Below, in pieces: positions 12,920-27,808 of a DNA stretch of 64,000 bases. The number at the start of each line of letters is the position of its first letter. Position 1 is the stretch's first letter. The stretch is from the human T2T-CHM13v2.0 reference genome, Homo sapiens, in the NCBI RefSeq assembly GCF_009914755.1, contig NC_060929.1. The stretch is one strand, 5' to 3'. A model generated the notes under the pieces. It saw only the letters and a program-made list of their open reading frames with translations, searched no databases and had not been told where the DNA came from. A program made the translations under genes and the position numbers.

Positions 12920-13680
12920 TTTCATTGAAGAAATTTCCGAACCAGGCTAACATGACTAACAGGCACGTTTGATGGGGGAATCGCAGCAATGGATCTTAAA
13001 GGTACAAGTAAAAGAGAGAGTCAACCAAAAATATGGCTGAATAGGGGAGAAAATATTGGCATGGGGAATCTCTCCTTTGATTCAGCATTTAATATCCTGG
13101 CCAGATAAAATGGGACATGTCTAATATGCTTCTTGGATGCTCCTGGGATGTTAGATATTATGATACAGTCATAATAAATTGACTAGTACTTATATATTGG
13201 TATAGTAAATTGAAGTTAATATGCCAAAACTGTGTTGCTGGAACTTTGAGGAAGGTTAAGAATTGGGAATATGATCATTGATAAATGACATGAAACCAGA
13301 GGGCAAACCTTCCAATGCTCCTGAAAAGAGTTCAGAAAACATTCCTTTTACTAAAAACATAAGGTATATCACAATGTGTGAGTGGCATTGACAACCAAAA
13401 GTAGTCCAATAAGAATGCCCTATCAGGTCATAATTGATGATAAGAGCCGCTGCCATTGGTCTATGTTAACTTGATTTGTTTTTAAAAAGCTGAAACCAGT
13501 TGGTAGTACTTAAACACCAGCAGCAATGTTGTTTGCTACAAAACTGGTGGAAACATTGCTGTGGCAACTGGTATTTTTGACCTGTAGGGATCTGTGGCAA
13601 CAGCTAAAAGATCAGCCTATTCTTAGAGGCAATATAGATTAGAAATATGATAGACTTGTATAAGGAAGGACAAGTATAGC
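12920..13680 (+). mobile_element. ERVL internal region, decayed gag remnant
   Basis: 'ttggcatggggaatctctcctttgattcagcatttaatatcctggc', 'atgccaaaactgtgttgctggaactttgaggaagg', 'ggatctgtggcaacagctaa...gacttgtataag' parallel ERVL gag. Confidence 0.6.
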
Positions 13681-13869
13681 TAGACTTGTGTATTTCAAAT
13701 TATACAAAATAGAGGAAGGAGTTTAAAATTTAAGTAGGGGAAATTATCTGGGGATAATGGCAGCAGTTTTTGAATGTCATTAAATTTCCCAGAAAATACA
13801 TACAGAGTTACTGGAATAGCAACACGAAATACCCATGGAAAATATCTGCAATTAAATTTAGTTAGATAA

Positions 13870-14306
13870 CCCCCGTGTTTGCTAGGGATGCCACAACGAC
13901 GTGCCAAAATCTAGGTGTCTTAGAACAAAAGAATTTCTTATCTCTCGGTCCTGCAGAACAGATGTCTGAAATCTATGTGTTGGCAGGGACATGCTCCCCT
14001 GAAGTTTCTTGGAAAGGGTTGGTTCCAGGCTTCTCTCCTATCTTCTGATAGCTTCAGTCATTCCTTGCTTGCTATTGACCATCTTCTCCCTGTTTCTCTT
14101 CACATCATGTTTTCCTTGTATGCTTATCTATTTCTGTTTACAAAATTTTCCCTTTTGATGAGGATATCAGTCATATTGTGTTAAGGGCCACCCTAATGAC
14201 CTTATCTTAACTTGTTCATCGGCAAAGACTATTTCCAAACAAGGTTACATTCACCAGTACTGGGGGTTGGGATTTCATCTTCCTGGAATGAATTCAATCT
14301 ATAACA
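13870..14306 (-). mobile_element. MLT1B-like solo LTR
   Basis: 'gtgttggcagggacatgctcc', 'gatatcagtcatattg', 'ccaccctaatgacc', 'ctatttccaaacaaggttacattc', end 'ttcaatctataaca'. Confidence 0.85.
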
Positions 14307-16199
14307 CCCAGAAATCATCAAATAAATGTAGTATGTACAAACTTCCTGCTACTAAAATAATCTAATAATATATATCAGATACTTTGCTGGAAGAATCAGA
14401 AGAATAGCAACAGAACTCTAAACTGGAAAATATCAAATTATCCAGCAGGTTCTTATTAACTAGGATGTGGCATAATCTAAGCACAACAACCAAAACTGAC
14501 GGTATTTTTCAAATTCTAATTTATGGGTATTTCAAAGTAGCATGAGAGGTTTGGAAAAGGCAAACATTGACTTTGGAATGTAAATTTTTGAAACTAGTAA
14601 ACAAAAGCTCCCTTTGAGGGCAAACTGCTGCCCTGAAGAGTTAATGTTAGGAATATAATCTAAATTGAACAGGACACCTGCAACAAGGGAAAGAGGAGTA
14701 ATGAAACAGATAAAAAGTGGGGGGGGGGTAAATCAGAGGAGGCAAATATCAGAGTGTAAGACATATTTTTTATCACTTTTTAAAAACAACTAAAAAGGCA
14801 ACTCTAAGTCCCTGAAGCTAGAAAAGCAATTCTATTTTCCAGTTCCTGTTAAAAGTGCAAAGCAACTCATATCGCCTAAACATAAGAGGCAGAAAAAGAA
14901 TTGCAATTGAATCCTACAAAAATTTATTGTTAGGAAAAAAGACCAAAGAACATAATAAGGTCCCTATAGACAATGAGGGCTGGTAACAAGTATATGCCCA
15001 TAAGACAAGAAAACTAAACTCAAAGCAAAAATTGCACCTAACAAAATTAAATATGTAAGAAAGACTTTATTCAAAACCATTGCAATAAGAGAGATCAGCA
15101 GTCTGAACTCAGCTCCAAGGAAATAAAGGGCAGGTGAGTTTTATGAAATATTAGAAAAATCTATATTTATCAATTGGCCCTACACAAAGGAAAAGTAAGC
15201 TTTCTCTTTTCTTCACAACAGGAGAGAGTCAACTAAAATACCAGTATACCAGAAGGGAAAATTTAGTAAATAGAGGCTTATAAAGTTAATACACAGTCAA
15301 TAGCTTTCATAAATAAAGTGGAATCCTTAGCTTCATATTATATAGAAAGCAGGTACCCATTTATAATAGCAAAAATAAAAATCAAGTACCTAGGCATGAA
15401 ATTGGAATCAATATGGAATATTAAAATATTAAAGAAGATTCAATATGTATTGATTCTTTCATCCAGAAATGCCACTTTCAGAAATTTAATCCAAATACAA
15501 ATGGTGATACTAGAAAAAGATGCATGATTCAGGTTATTTATTGTAATATTAATAATAGCAAAATATTTAAAATGGATTGGATATTCATTAAGAGAAGATT
15601 GGTTGAATGTCATTGGTATACCCATACAATGGGATGATATGCAGCTGTAAAATTGTATAAAGAATATTCCTCTACTGGTACTTCTGACAACATCCAGGAT
15701 AAATTGCTAAGAAAAACAATATAAAATTAAATGTGAATAGGATGTTACCCTTTATATTAAAAACATGGGTCTAAAATATAAATTAAAATATTAATAATAA
15801 TAAACAGGATAAGATAGTATAAGACGGAAGCCCAGAATTTGAAATTTATATTTTAAAAATACTTTGTTTTCTGTATTTGGCTTTGGATCCATGAACACAT
15901 TTCAAACAAATATAAAATAAAATTAATCTTCAAAAAATCTATATTAGAAGCTATATGAATCTAATAAATAAATTATTCAAGTAACAAAATACTGTAAGAC
16001 CAGATGGCAATACAATGCAGAGACGGAGATCACACGTGATGTCAAAACAGAGTAATTTGACAAAATATTTCTAATATAATATTGCTTAATCAAATAAATT
16101 ATGATAAAAATAAATGTTTTAGTAATTATGTCATTGTGAGTTGTGTCTATTGTTATTCTGAAACTGTTGTGTGAATACTACAAAAGACATCAAATGAGT

Positions 16200-16650
16200 A
16201 GTTATACTGAAATCTGAACATTTTTATCCTTGGGAGAAAGGTGATACAGGTGTAAGATTGAAACTATTAAATAAAAACTTGTACAATGATCTTGAGTTAG
16301 AATTACCAGTGTGAACTCATTATGCATTTTGTATTTTATAAAACATTCGTATTTTCCACTTCTTTTCATGGGAAATGCATGCTAGAATCCATATTGTGGT
16401 ATCTAAACTTCCCAGAACCTCTTGGAGAAATGGTTATTTCCAAGACTTGGACTGGAATTATGGAAGAACCAAGCAATGTTGTGTCATTTAAGGAAGCAAG
16501 GAAGCTTTCAAAGACACTGGGTAATGTCAAAGGGACTCAACTATCAACTAAGAAATGTTCTCACTGGCAAAAGTTGGAACATAACATGTCATTATAAATA
16601 ATAAGCACAATGGATTAAAACACATAAAATATGTTTAAATCTGTTATTCA
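16200..16650 (+). mobile_element. L1MC3/L1MC4-like 3' fragment
   Basis: 'agcaaggaagctttcaaagacactggg...tcaaagggac', 'cactggcaaaagttgg', 'aatggattaaaacacat...tttaaatc'. Confidence 0.6.
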
Positions 16651-16894
16651 AATGAGAAAAATATAAATTGCTTAAATGTACAGAATTAAACATATATATA
16701 TGTACTTTCTTACACTAACAATAACAGAGTAGTTAATGAGCACATTCATTTTCTTCATGTAATTATTTCAGATAATAATGGCAATAAAAGTTATAATTAG
16801 AATATTGCTATTTAAAAACTCCTGATAATTGCATAGAGTTTGCATTTCTGCTTTGCACATTAATATCTTCCAATATCAAAGAGGAAATGATAAT

Positions 16895-17001
16895 GAGAGA
16901 GAGAAAGAAGAAGGGAAAGAAAGAGAAAATGAGAAGAAAGGGAAAGGAGGAAGGGAGGAAGGAAGGAAGGAAGGAAGAAAAGAAAGACAGTAGGGAGGGA
17001 A
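16895..17001. repeat. GA-rich low-complexity tract including (GGAA)5
   Basis: Read directly; (GGAA)5 at 16957-16976. Confidence 0.9.
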
Positions 17002-18893
17002 TGATGTCCAATTCCATCCATACTGCTGCAAATGGCAAGATTTTATTTTATTTTATGGCTGAATAATATTGCTTTGTGCATATATATCATATTTTTCATC
17101 CATTCATCTGTTGATGGACACTTAGGTTGATTCTATATTTGGCTATTATGAATAGTGCTGCCATAAACATGTTTGTGCAGATATGTCTTTGATATACCTA
17201 TTTCCTTTTTTCGTTTGGGTATATACCTGGCAGTGAGACTGCTGGATCATCTGGTAGTTGTATTTTTAGTTTTTTTGAGGAAGCTTAATGCTATTTTTAA
17301 CAGTGGTTGTACAAATTACATTCCTGCAACAGTGTATGAGGGTTCCCTTTTCTCCATCTTGGCATCAGCATCCATTATTCCCTGGCCATGTTAACTGGAG
17401 CAAGTTGATGTCTCATTGTGGTTTTTATTCATGTTTCTCTGATGTTTAGAGATGTCAAGTATTTTTAAATATACCTGTTGGCCATTTGTATGTTTTCTTT
17501 AAGAAATGTCTACTCAGATCTTCTATTTTTAATTAGATTAATTGGTTTTGGGCTATTGAACCCAGTCCCTTATATATTCTGGTTATTAACGTCTTGTCAG
17601 ATGGATAGTTTGCAAATGTTTTCTCCAATTCTGTGGCTTGTCTATTCACTTCGTTGACTGTTTCCTTTGCTATGCAGAAACATTCTAGCTTGATGTAATT
17701 TAATTTGCCTGTTTTTGCTTTGGTTGCCCATGCTTTTGAGGTCTTACTAAAAAAATCTTTGCCAAGAACAATGTCCTGGAGGATTTTCCTAAAGTTTTCT
17801 TGTAGCAGTTTCAGTTCAAGGTCTTAGATTTTTCTTTAATTTATTTTGATTTGATTTTATGAGAGATATGTAGTTTCGTTCTTCTGCATATGGATATCCA
17901 GTTTTCCCAGCACTATTAATTGATGAGACCGTTGTTTTTCCAATATATGGTGCCTTGTTGAAATTGAGTTAGCTGTAAATGGAGTGTGAATTCATTTTTG
18001 GATTATCTATTCTGTCCCATTGGTTTATGTGTCTGTTTTTATTCCAGTACCTTTCTGTTTTGGCCACTATGGCTCTGTAATACATTCTGAGGTAAGAGAG
18101 TATGATTCTTCCAGCCTTGTTATTTTTACCTAGGATTGCTTTGACAATTCAACATCTTTTGTAATTCTATATATATTTCAAGATTTTTTTTTCTATTTCT
18201 GTGAAGAATGTTATTGATATTTTGATAGGGATTGACTGTATCTGTAGATCACCTTTGGTAGAGCAGACATTTTACAGTATTAATTCTTCCCATTCATGAG
18301 CATGGGATATCTTCTCATCTGTGTCCTCTTCACTTGTTTTCCTCAGTGGTTTATAGCTTTTCTTGCCAAGGTCTTTCACTTCTTGGTTAATTTATTCATA
18401 GGTATTTTACATTTTTTGTAGCTATTATAAATTTGTTCACTTTCTTTATTTCTTTTTCTGATTGTTCACTGATTGTTCACTGTTTATGTGAACTGATTGT
18501 TCACTGTTTATGTTAGTAATTTTTGTGTTTTGATTCTGTAACCTGAAACTTTACTGAATTTATTTATTAGTTCTAACAGTTTTTGGTGACGGCTTTTGGG
18601 TTTTCTAAATATAAGATCATGCCATCTGTAGCAAGGCTAATTTTACCTCTTCCTTTTCAATTTATGTGTCCTTTATTTATATCTTCTTTCTAATTGCACT
18701 GGATAGGACTTCTAGTATTATGTTGAATAAAAATAATAGAATTGGGCATACTTGTTTAGTTCCAGACCTTAGAAGGAAGGCTTTCAATTTTTCCCTGTTC
18801 AGTATGATGTATGTAGATTTGCAACATATGACTTTATTATTTTGAAGAATGTTCCCTCAATATTCAGTTTGTCAAGCATTTTTGTCATAAAAG
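17002..18893 (-). mobile_element. L1 ORF2 3' half (L1MA/L1PB-type)
   Basis: Continuous antisense L1: 'cattcatctgttgatggacacttaggttgattc', 'cttctgcatatggatatccagttttcccagcac', 'tctatttctgtgaagaatg', 'aggacttctagtattatgttgaata'. Confidence 0.93.
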
Positions 18894-19237
18894 CAAATGG
18901 ATATTCATTATTTTACTAATTCTAGTTTTGTATAGTATTTGAAATTTTTCTATTACAAATTGATAACAATTTGTTTTTCCAGAATTATAATGATTAAATA
19001 TTCAGTTGTAAGATTTTTAAAAAATTAATAAAATAGTCATTTGATTAAAAAATTATGTGTTTTTATGTGTAGGTCTCTATTTGAATATTTCTGTCTACTA
19101 AGTAATGTTTGAATATAAGAATCACCTGAAAATTTTATTTCCAGGGAAATTTTTTAAAAAACATAATTCATGTTTAAACTCTCCTGAATAAAAGACTTAC
19201 TAAAGAGAGAAAGTAACATTTTCTCTTATAAACCTAC

Positions 19238-19647
19238 TGTATTAGTTCATTCTCACATTTTTATAAATAAATGCCTGAGACTGGGTAAATTGTAAGAAAA
19301 GAGGTTATATTTGCTCACAGTTCTGCAGGCTATATAGGAAGCATGTTAGTGTCTGCTTCTGGAGAGGCCTGAGGGAACTTACAATCATGGCGGAAGGAGA
19401 TGTAGGAGCAGGCATCTTCACATGGCTTGAGCAGGAGGAAGAGAGAGAGAGGGAAAGTGCTGCAGACTTCTAAACAAACAGATCTCATTAGAATTCTATC
19501 ACAAGAACAGCACTACGAGGATTTTGCTAAACCGTTTATGAGAAACCACCCCCATGACAAATCACCTTCCACCAGGCTCCACCTCCAACATCGGGGTTTA
19601 CATTTCAACATGAGATTTGGGGAAGGACATGGATCCACACCATATCA
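19238..19647 (-). mobile_element. MSTA-type solo LTR
   Basis: 'tgtattagttcattctc...cctgagactgggtaa...cttacaatcatggcggaagg...caacatgagatttgg...accatatca'; perfect 5 bp TSD CCTAC at 19233-19237 and 19648-19652. Confidence 0.95.
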
Positions 19648-20169
19648 CCTACTCTTGGTACAATCAAATATTATGAAGAACAAATTGTCAATATCTAGTA
19701 AGTGACAATGTGCATGTCCTTCAACTGTGAATGTCTAGTTGAATTTTTTCTCCTATATACATATATGTACAAAGATGACATGTACAAGAATGTTTATAGT
19801 TGCATTATTTGCAACCATAAAAAAGTGAAATATGACTTGTCACTACTACACATATAAATATATTTGAATATCCAAATTAATTTGATAGAGGATGAAAATT
19901 AACTTGCTTTCTATTAATAATTATAAAACTGAACATTAAAATTAAATAATGTAGTCATTGAAAAAGTATATGTACAGAAGACATCATTTTCAGTTTTTTA
20001 AATGTAAACAATCAATACATGATATTTGTAAAGCTCCTTATAGATTGAAGAAATGTGTAAAATATTATGAGAAAGGATACTAACTTGATCATAGCAAACT
20101 GGTAAATGGGAAAGGTAATAAAATCAGATAAAAGTTCAAAAGATACCTGAAGATATCTATTTCTTATAA

Positions 20170-20325
20170 TTTTTTATAACAGGACTTATCGATGTATATA
20201 GTTCGCATAATATAAAATTCACCTGCTTAAAGTGTACAATTCCATGCTATTTAGAACATTTACAGAGTTATGCAACTAACATTATAATTTAATTTTGGAA
20301 AGTTTTATCAATAAAAATCCCTTAT
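20170..20325 (-). mobile_element. Short L1MB 3' terminal fragment
   Basis: 'ataaaattcacctgcttaaagtgtacaattc...tttacagagttatgcaac'. Confidence 0.7.
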
Positions 20326-20595
20326 TCAGATAAACAATTATAATATTTTATTATTGAAATAAAATAATATGAAGTAATGTAGTAAAATAGGGCATGTATT
20401 TGTTCGATTCATAGAGGTTTTGTTTATTATTCTTTAAAGCATTTTACATCTAAATAATTTCCTCTAAAATAAATACAAACCATACAGATTAAAAAATATT
20501 CTTCTACATGAAATAGCTATAGAAGTTTCTGTTTTCTTGTATTAATCCTAATTTGTTACATAACATAACCTTCACTTGCTCAGAAACTGTCATAT

Positions 20596-20755
20596 TCAAT
20601 CTCTTTTGTGTGAATACAGATTTTCAGAATTGCACTTTATTTATGGATGAACATTCTGATTTCTGAGTCAACTGAGTCAATCTCTTTTGTGTGAATACAG
20701 ATTTTCAGAATTGCCCTTTATTTGTGGATGAACGTTCTGATTTCTGAGTCAACTG
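20596..20755. repeat. Tandem duplication, 81 bp period, 2 copies
   Basis: 20596-20674 vs 20677-20755; 3 mismatches in 79 bp. Confidence 0.97.
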
Positions 20756-20769
20756 TGTTGATGGCACTT

Positions 20770-23700
20770 CCTTTATTTTTTTGAGACATTTCTATACTAC
20801 AAAACTCACACTTTTAAAGTAAACTATTCACCTGCTTTTAGTATATTACAAGGTTATAGAACCTTACCACAATCACTTTAATTACCCTCAAAGAAATTCT
20901 ATATGCATTAGTACTTATGTCCCTTCCAGCCTCTCCACATTCCCTGAAAACCATTAATCTGCCTTATATCTCTATAGATTTGACTATTCTGGGCATTTAA
21001 AATCAACTGAAGCATATAATATGTAGTCTTTTGTATATAGCTTATTTCACTTTGGATAATATTTTCACAGTTTCTCCATGTTGTGCATGTACCACTATTT
21101 TATTTCATTGTATTTCCAAGCATTATTTCACTGTATGTATACACATTTTTTTAAGTCCATTTCTCTGTTGATAGATATTTGTGTTGTTTTAACGTTTTGT
21201 CTATTATGATATGTGCAAAGTTTCTAATGGGTGTATTATGTTTTTGGTTCTTTTGGATGTTTACCTAAGAGTTGAACACGGGGTCTATGTTTAATTTTTT
21301 TGTGGGATTGACAAAACACTTTCTAAAATGATTGTACCATTTAATAGTCTACCAACAATATATGACTCTTTGAATCCCTTCACATGATCCCCAACACATT
21401 CTTTTATATTATTTTTATTATAGCCAATCTAGTAGAAGCAAAGTGGAATCTCATTGTGGTTTTAACTTGCATTTTGATAATCACTAAGAATGTAGAACAT
21501 CTTTTCATATACTTATAGGCCGTTTGTATTTCTTCTTTAGAAAAATGCTCAAATTCTATGATATTTTTAAATTATGTACTTTGTGTTTTTATTATTGAAT
21601 TATTGGAGTTTTTATATATTCTAGATAGAGTTTCTTACCAAATATATATCAAACGTTTTCTCGCATTTTGTGAGTTGTCTTTTTACTTTCTTGATGATAG
21701 TATTTGAAGCTCAAAGGTTTTATATTTAATTGTAATGAAGTCCAATTTATCTATTTTTCAGTAGGAATGCTTTTGGAGTTATATCTAAAATCATTGTCTT
21801 GCTCAAAGTCAGGAGGATATATGCCTGTGTTTTCATCCAAGGCTTTTATACTTTTAGATCCTACATTTCAGTCTTTGGTCTATTTTAAGTTAACTTTTGT
21901 ATATCCTGTAAGGGACAGCCCAACTTCATTTTTTTTTTTTTGCATGAAGATTTCCCATTGTTTCAGTGTCATTTACTAAAATTAATATTCTTTCCTCATT
22001 GAATTGTCGTGGCACCCTTGTGCAAAATCAATAGAAAATAAACATCAAGGTTTATTTCTAGTATCTCAATCCTATTCCATTGATCTATGTGTCTAGTCTT
22101 ATGCTAGCTATATTGTCTTTAATGACTGTAGTCTTGTAGTAAGTTTTGAATGAGGAAGTGTAAATTCTTCAACTTTACACATTTTTAAGATTGCTTTGAT
22201 TATCATAGGTCCTTTGCTTTTCATATAAATTTTAGGATCAGCTTGTTAACACTTGGAATAAAGCCAGATGGGATATGGATAGAGACTGAATCAAGTTTGT
22301 ATGTCAATTTGGGGAGGATTGCCATTTTAATATTAAGCCTAACAACCCATAAATACAGGATCGTTCCACTTATTCAAGTGTTATTTTAGAAAATTAATAA
22401 TTGTTTTAATTTTGAGGGTGTAAGTTTTGCACTCATTTGGAAAAGTTGTTTCTATGAATTTTATTCTGTTGGATGCTCTTTTATTTTTTAATTTCATTTT
22501 CATATTGTTCATTGCTAGTATATAGAAATATAGTTTTTGTATGTTGATACTGTATCCTGTAAGCTTTCTGAATTGATTTATTGTCTCCAATTGTAATTTT
22601 GCAGATTCATTGGATTTTCTGTGTCTAAGATCATGTTACCTACAAATGGAGATAAATTTTTCTTCTATTATTTAAGCTATATAAAAATATATATCCATAA
22701 TAAATCTATAATACATAAGTATATTTATGTTATTACATATTTTATATTATGTATGTATAGAAGTAAATATATATTTTATATATAACTTTATATATATATA
22801 TGTATTTTTTAATCTTGCTTATTTTCCTGGCTATTATCTTCAGTAAGATGTCAAAGTAGAAGTGGATAGAATGGACATTCTTGTCTTGTTTCTAATATTA
22901 AGGAGAAAGCTTTCAGTCTTTCACCATTAAGTATGCTAACAGTGAATTTTTTATAGATTGCTCATTTTAGATTGAAGACATTCATACCTATTTCCAATTT
23001 TTTTAGTATTTTTTTGAATCATAAAAAGGTGTTGGATTTTTCAAGTGCTTTTTCTTTTTCTTCTGTCTGTGCATTTTTGTTATGATTAATATGATGTACT
23101 ATAAAATAGTTTGTACTTCAATAATACGGGGTATTATGCTGATTTATTTTTATATATTAAACCACCTTTGCATTTCTGAGATAAATATTTCTTGGTAAAG
23201 ATATCTAAATAGCTTTTACATGGTGACAGCTCCTGTTTGCTATTATTTGGTCAAGGAATTTATATCTACATCTAGAAAGGATACTGGTCAGTAATTTTCT
23301 TGAGTTATTTTATTATTTGGGCATCAGAGTGTTTACTATTTTTTATTCTTTGGAAAATTTTGGGAAGGATTGATGCTGATTCTTCTTTAAACACTTATTA
23401 GAACTGCATCTGTCGGGGGGAAGAGAGAGCATTGGAAAAAAACAGCTAATGCATGCTGGACTTAATACCTACGTGATGGGTTGATAGGTGCAGCAAATCA
23501 CCACAGCACATGTTTACCTATGTAACAAACCTGCACATCCTGTACATGTACCCTGGAGCTTAAAATAAAATTTAAAAAGTTATCTGTGAAAACATCTGTT
23601 CCAGAACTTGTTTGTGGGATTTAAAAATTACTAATTTGGTAATGCAATTACTATTTGATTATTAAACAAAAATAAAGACCATCGTATGTAATAATTTATA

Positions 23701-25450
23701 AGTTTGTTAATTCTTTCTATATCTTCTTGGGTTTATTTTGTGGTTCCCCCATGAGAACTAGGTCCATTTCATCCAGATTATCAAACTTGGCATAAAAATG
23801 TCCATACTATTCTCTAATAATACTTTTAATTTCTGGATTAATTAGTTTTTAGTTCATTCCACTTCTTAGATGTGTACATCAATTTTTTAAAATCAAATTT
23901 AGGTAGTATTCATCCATTATTTCTGCTCCTCTCTTTATTGACTCTCCTTTTCTTCTAATACTTCCAATATGTACAATATGCATATGTTATTGCACTTGTC
24001 TCTGAGGCTCTGTTCATTTTTTTCATCCTCTTCTTTTTGCTCCACAGACTAGATAATCACAATTTACTTTTCTTGACTTTTACTGATACTGTATTTTTTT
24101 GCCAGGTCAAATCTTAAAACCCTCTAATAAATTTTGTATCTCACTTTTCATAATTTTCAAATAAAGAATTTCTATGTTTAAATAATTTCTATCTCTTTGA
24201 TTTGGTGAATAAACATTATCATAATCTCTGCTAGTTCTTCATACATAGGTTTCTTTATTATTTTAATTTGCATAAGATAGCTAATTTAAAGTCTTTGCAT
24301 AGTAAGTTAATTGTTTGCACTTCCTCTGGGACAGTTCCTATTGACGTCTTTTCCAATGTACGAAATACATTTCTTGTTTTTTTAATATATTGTAATTTTA
24401 GTAGGTAGACAACTGGAAATTTCACATGCTATAATCTGACAACTTTGGAGTGATACTCTCCTCCAGTATTTTTTGGTGTTATTGCTGTTTTGTTTGTTTA
24501 ATGGCTTTCCTTAACCAATTCAATGAATTCTGCTTGTTTGTTGTCTGTCAATTGCAATATTTCCTTGGATAGAACTGTGATCACCTAATGATTGGTCAGA
24601 GATTGCCTAAAAGCCTTTGATGAAATAAGCCCCTCAGCCTGTGCTAAGCGGCTGTGTTTTTATTTTGGAGTGCACCTTCCATGCTCTGCAGGCAGTTTAC
24701 AACTCTGCCTTAGCCTTCGCTTACTGCTTAAGCAGGGCCTCAAAATCAGCCATAAAGAAGGTAGGGACTTCAAAAGACTCTCCAGAGCATACACACAGCC
24801 CTGCACCTATGGCTAACATTTTAGATTTTTAGAAATATGCTAGAGTTTAAAAAAAAAAGTCCCTGTGAATATTTTATTCTACAGATTTCCCTTTTGAATA
24901 TTTGGTCTCCTTTTGTTTGTCCTAACTTTTACTATGGATTTAGGCAGCTGTGGTGTTCAGCAATTTTCACTGATTATTTTTGACAAATGCCTTGCGAAAA
25001 ATGTGTTCACAATCACTGAGCTCTGAATCAAGTCAATTAAGAGAAGCTTTGTGAGTGCAGCTTTTCAGAGAATTGCCAGGCAGGTCTGCTGACTGTTCTC
25101 TTCATTCAGGACTTTTGTATAGCTCCAGCCCCATATTGTGTTTCCCAGTGTCTGCTAGGTTTCTGGATTTTACCAGACATTATGGTTGTCAGACTTTTGA
25201 TTTTCAAGGCTACAAAATGGCTAAGAGAGAGGATGATGGTAACAGGGCAAATTAACCTGACACAAAATACACGTTCTTTACTGAAAGCCATTTTTTAAAC
25301 AAACAATCCTCAGATGGTTGCAAACCCTGCTTAATTTCTAAAAATCTGAAAACAAAAAAGCTTTCAGAGTGGTAATTTTCTAGCATTTTTGTTGCTTTTG
25401 TTGAAGGTTGAATGTTCCAAGATTTTTATTCCACTATTTCCACTGTCATT
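20770..25450 (-). mobile_element. Long, internally deleted old L1 (L1MB7/8-like 3' end; ORF2, ORF1 and 5' remnants)
   Basis: 3'UTR 'aaccattaatctgcc...tctctatagatttgactattctgggcatt', ORF2 'ttttaggatcagcttgt', 'gctttcagtctttcaccattaagtatg'; ORF1/5'-like sequence from ~23950 ('ggcagtttacaactctgccttagccttc'). May be two elements. Confidence 0.75.
23413..23577 (+). mobile_element. Very short L1PA 3' end (L1PA8-13-like) nested in the older L1
   Basis: 'cttaatacctacgtgatgggttgataggtgcagcaaatcacca...tttacctatgtaacaaacctgcacatcctg'; flanks share 'atctgt'. Confidence 0.9.
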
Positions 25451-26700
25451 CATTTCTTAACCTTTTTTTAAAAAAGTAAAAATCTGTTTGATATTTCTCG
25501 GGTTGTTTCTGTGACCAATATTTCTGACAATCTGGTCTAATGTTGACTTTTTTGTTCATTATGGTGCCCATACATTTACTTATTTTTGAACTCTCGTTTA
25601 TTTCAAACTACTATAATATTTTGCTCTGTATAATACCTTTAAAATAATTTTTTTCTATTAGAGTCAAAATGCAGTATCTGGGTTTTTTTTGTTGCTGTTG
25701 TTATTGTTAACAAAGAGCACTTAGTAGTGTAAAAACAAAGTCCTAAAAATGGTGGAAATGTAGAAATATTTATTAGAACTAGTCAGAAATCTAGACTGAA
25801 GATATAAGGCAGCTAATTTTATTATTCTCTGTGCCCACCTAGAATTAATATGTGCATTGAAGTCAAGGTTTGAATGAAATTCTGTGTCAGTTGTGGTAGA
25901 AGACATCACATAGAAATCAGAAACTTACACATGAAATGAGAATTTTGAAAGGCATTGGATAGCTCATGAATGAGAATGGCAGTCTGAAATTCTTATATTC
26001 TGGGATGAATCCTGACTAAATCCCAGTGGTTTCCTAGGGTATTTCGAAAGGAATGAATTACCCGTTGCAGCCACTGGGTTGAAATAGCTGGAAATACAGT
26101 ATCAGTTTTATTCCAAGGGTTAAGAATAAGAAGAAAAGTTGAAGTCACATTCTCATCAAAGTAGTTATGTGAAAATAAGAGTAAAAAATCCTTATAATAA
26201 TTACATCAATAAAAAGGAGATCTCCTGTAGTAATTACCTAAATAGGAAGGAGTACAGAGATTGTTCTGAATCCCCAGTTCCCACTGAACTATTCTGGACA
26301 ATATTAATAAAAATGCCATAACATAATTTAAAGGAGATTTTCCTTTTCCACAGACCCTCAGTCTTCAATTTCTCCAATAATAAAACTAGAATCAGACACC
26401 TATTTAACCACAGAGCTATTGATAATGTTAAACACTGAAGTATAAGTGTTAGACAAAATGCAATTGAAAAAGTTTACTAATATTTTAATATATGTGCAAC
26501 TATGGTTTCTAAAATAAAATAAAGGAGGATTTCACTTTTTATTGGGGTGAAATTTGTATATATGTGTTTAGTTACAAATAATATGTTGTGATTCTCTGTT
26601 AGTTGGGTTTGTTTCTAATTATTTGCTCTAACTTTTCCAAAGTATAGCCTCAAGAGTGGCACACGATTAATAAAATTATCATACTAAATTTTATTGAATT

Positions 26701-27013
<313 letters not shown>

Positions 27014-27445
27014 TTTTTATTGAATTATTTAGTAGGAATGTTGAAGCATGTTGTTCATGAAGACCCTTTACAGGAACAATTGGACATTCCTTTCATAAAA
27101 GCCTTGAGAAATATGGTGATGGTTACAACTGTGGGTTGTAATTCAATAGTTAGAAATTATAACTGGGGACATTATATTTGAGTTGGACTTCCTTTTCTCT
27201 GAAGTGGTAGAGTCCCATAAGGAAGAACAGGAGTACAGTATGAATTCAGAATAGTCTGATCTGGGTAATTTTTTGATGTTAGCTAATACATCACTGTGAC
27301 TTCAGTAACAAATAGTCAGAAATGATCTAAAGTTCATCCTGATGTATATAACTATGAATATTCTAACGACACATTAAGCCAACATAATAATCTTATTTGA
27401 TCGGAGTCTTAACATATCCATCAATTTATGAATTAATGGGACTGA

Positions 27446-27808
<363 letters not shown>

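Noticed and set aside
22670-22805. TA-rich stretch
   Set aside because: Low-complexity expansion inside L1 with no further structure.
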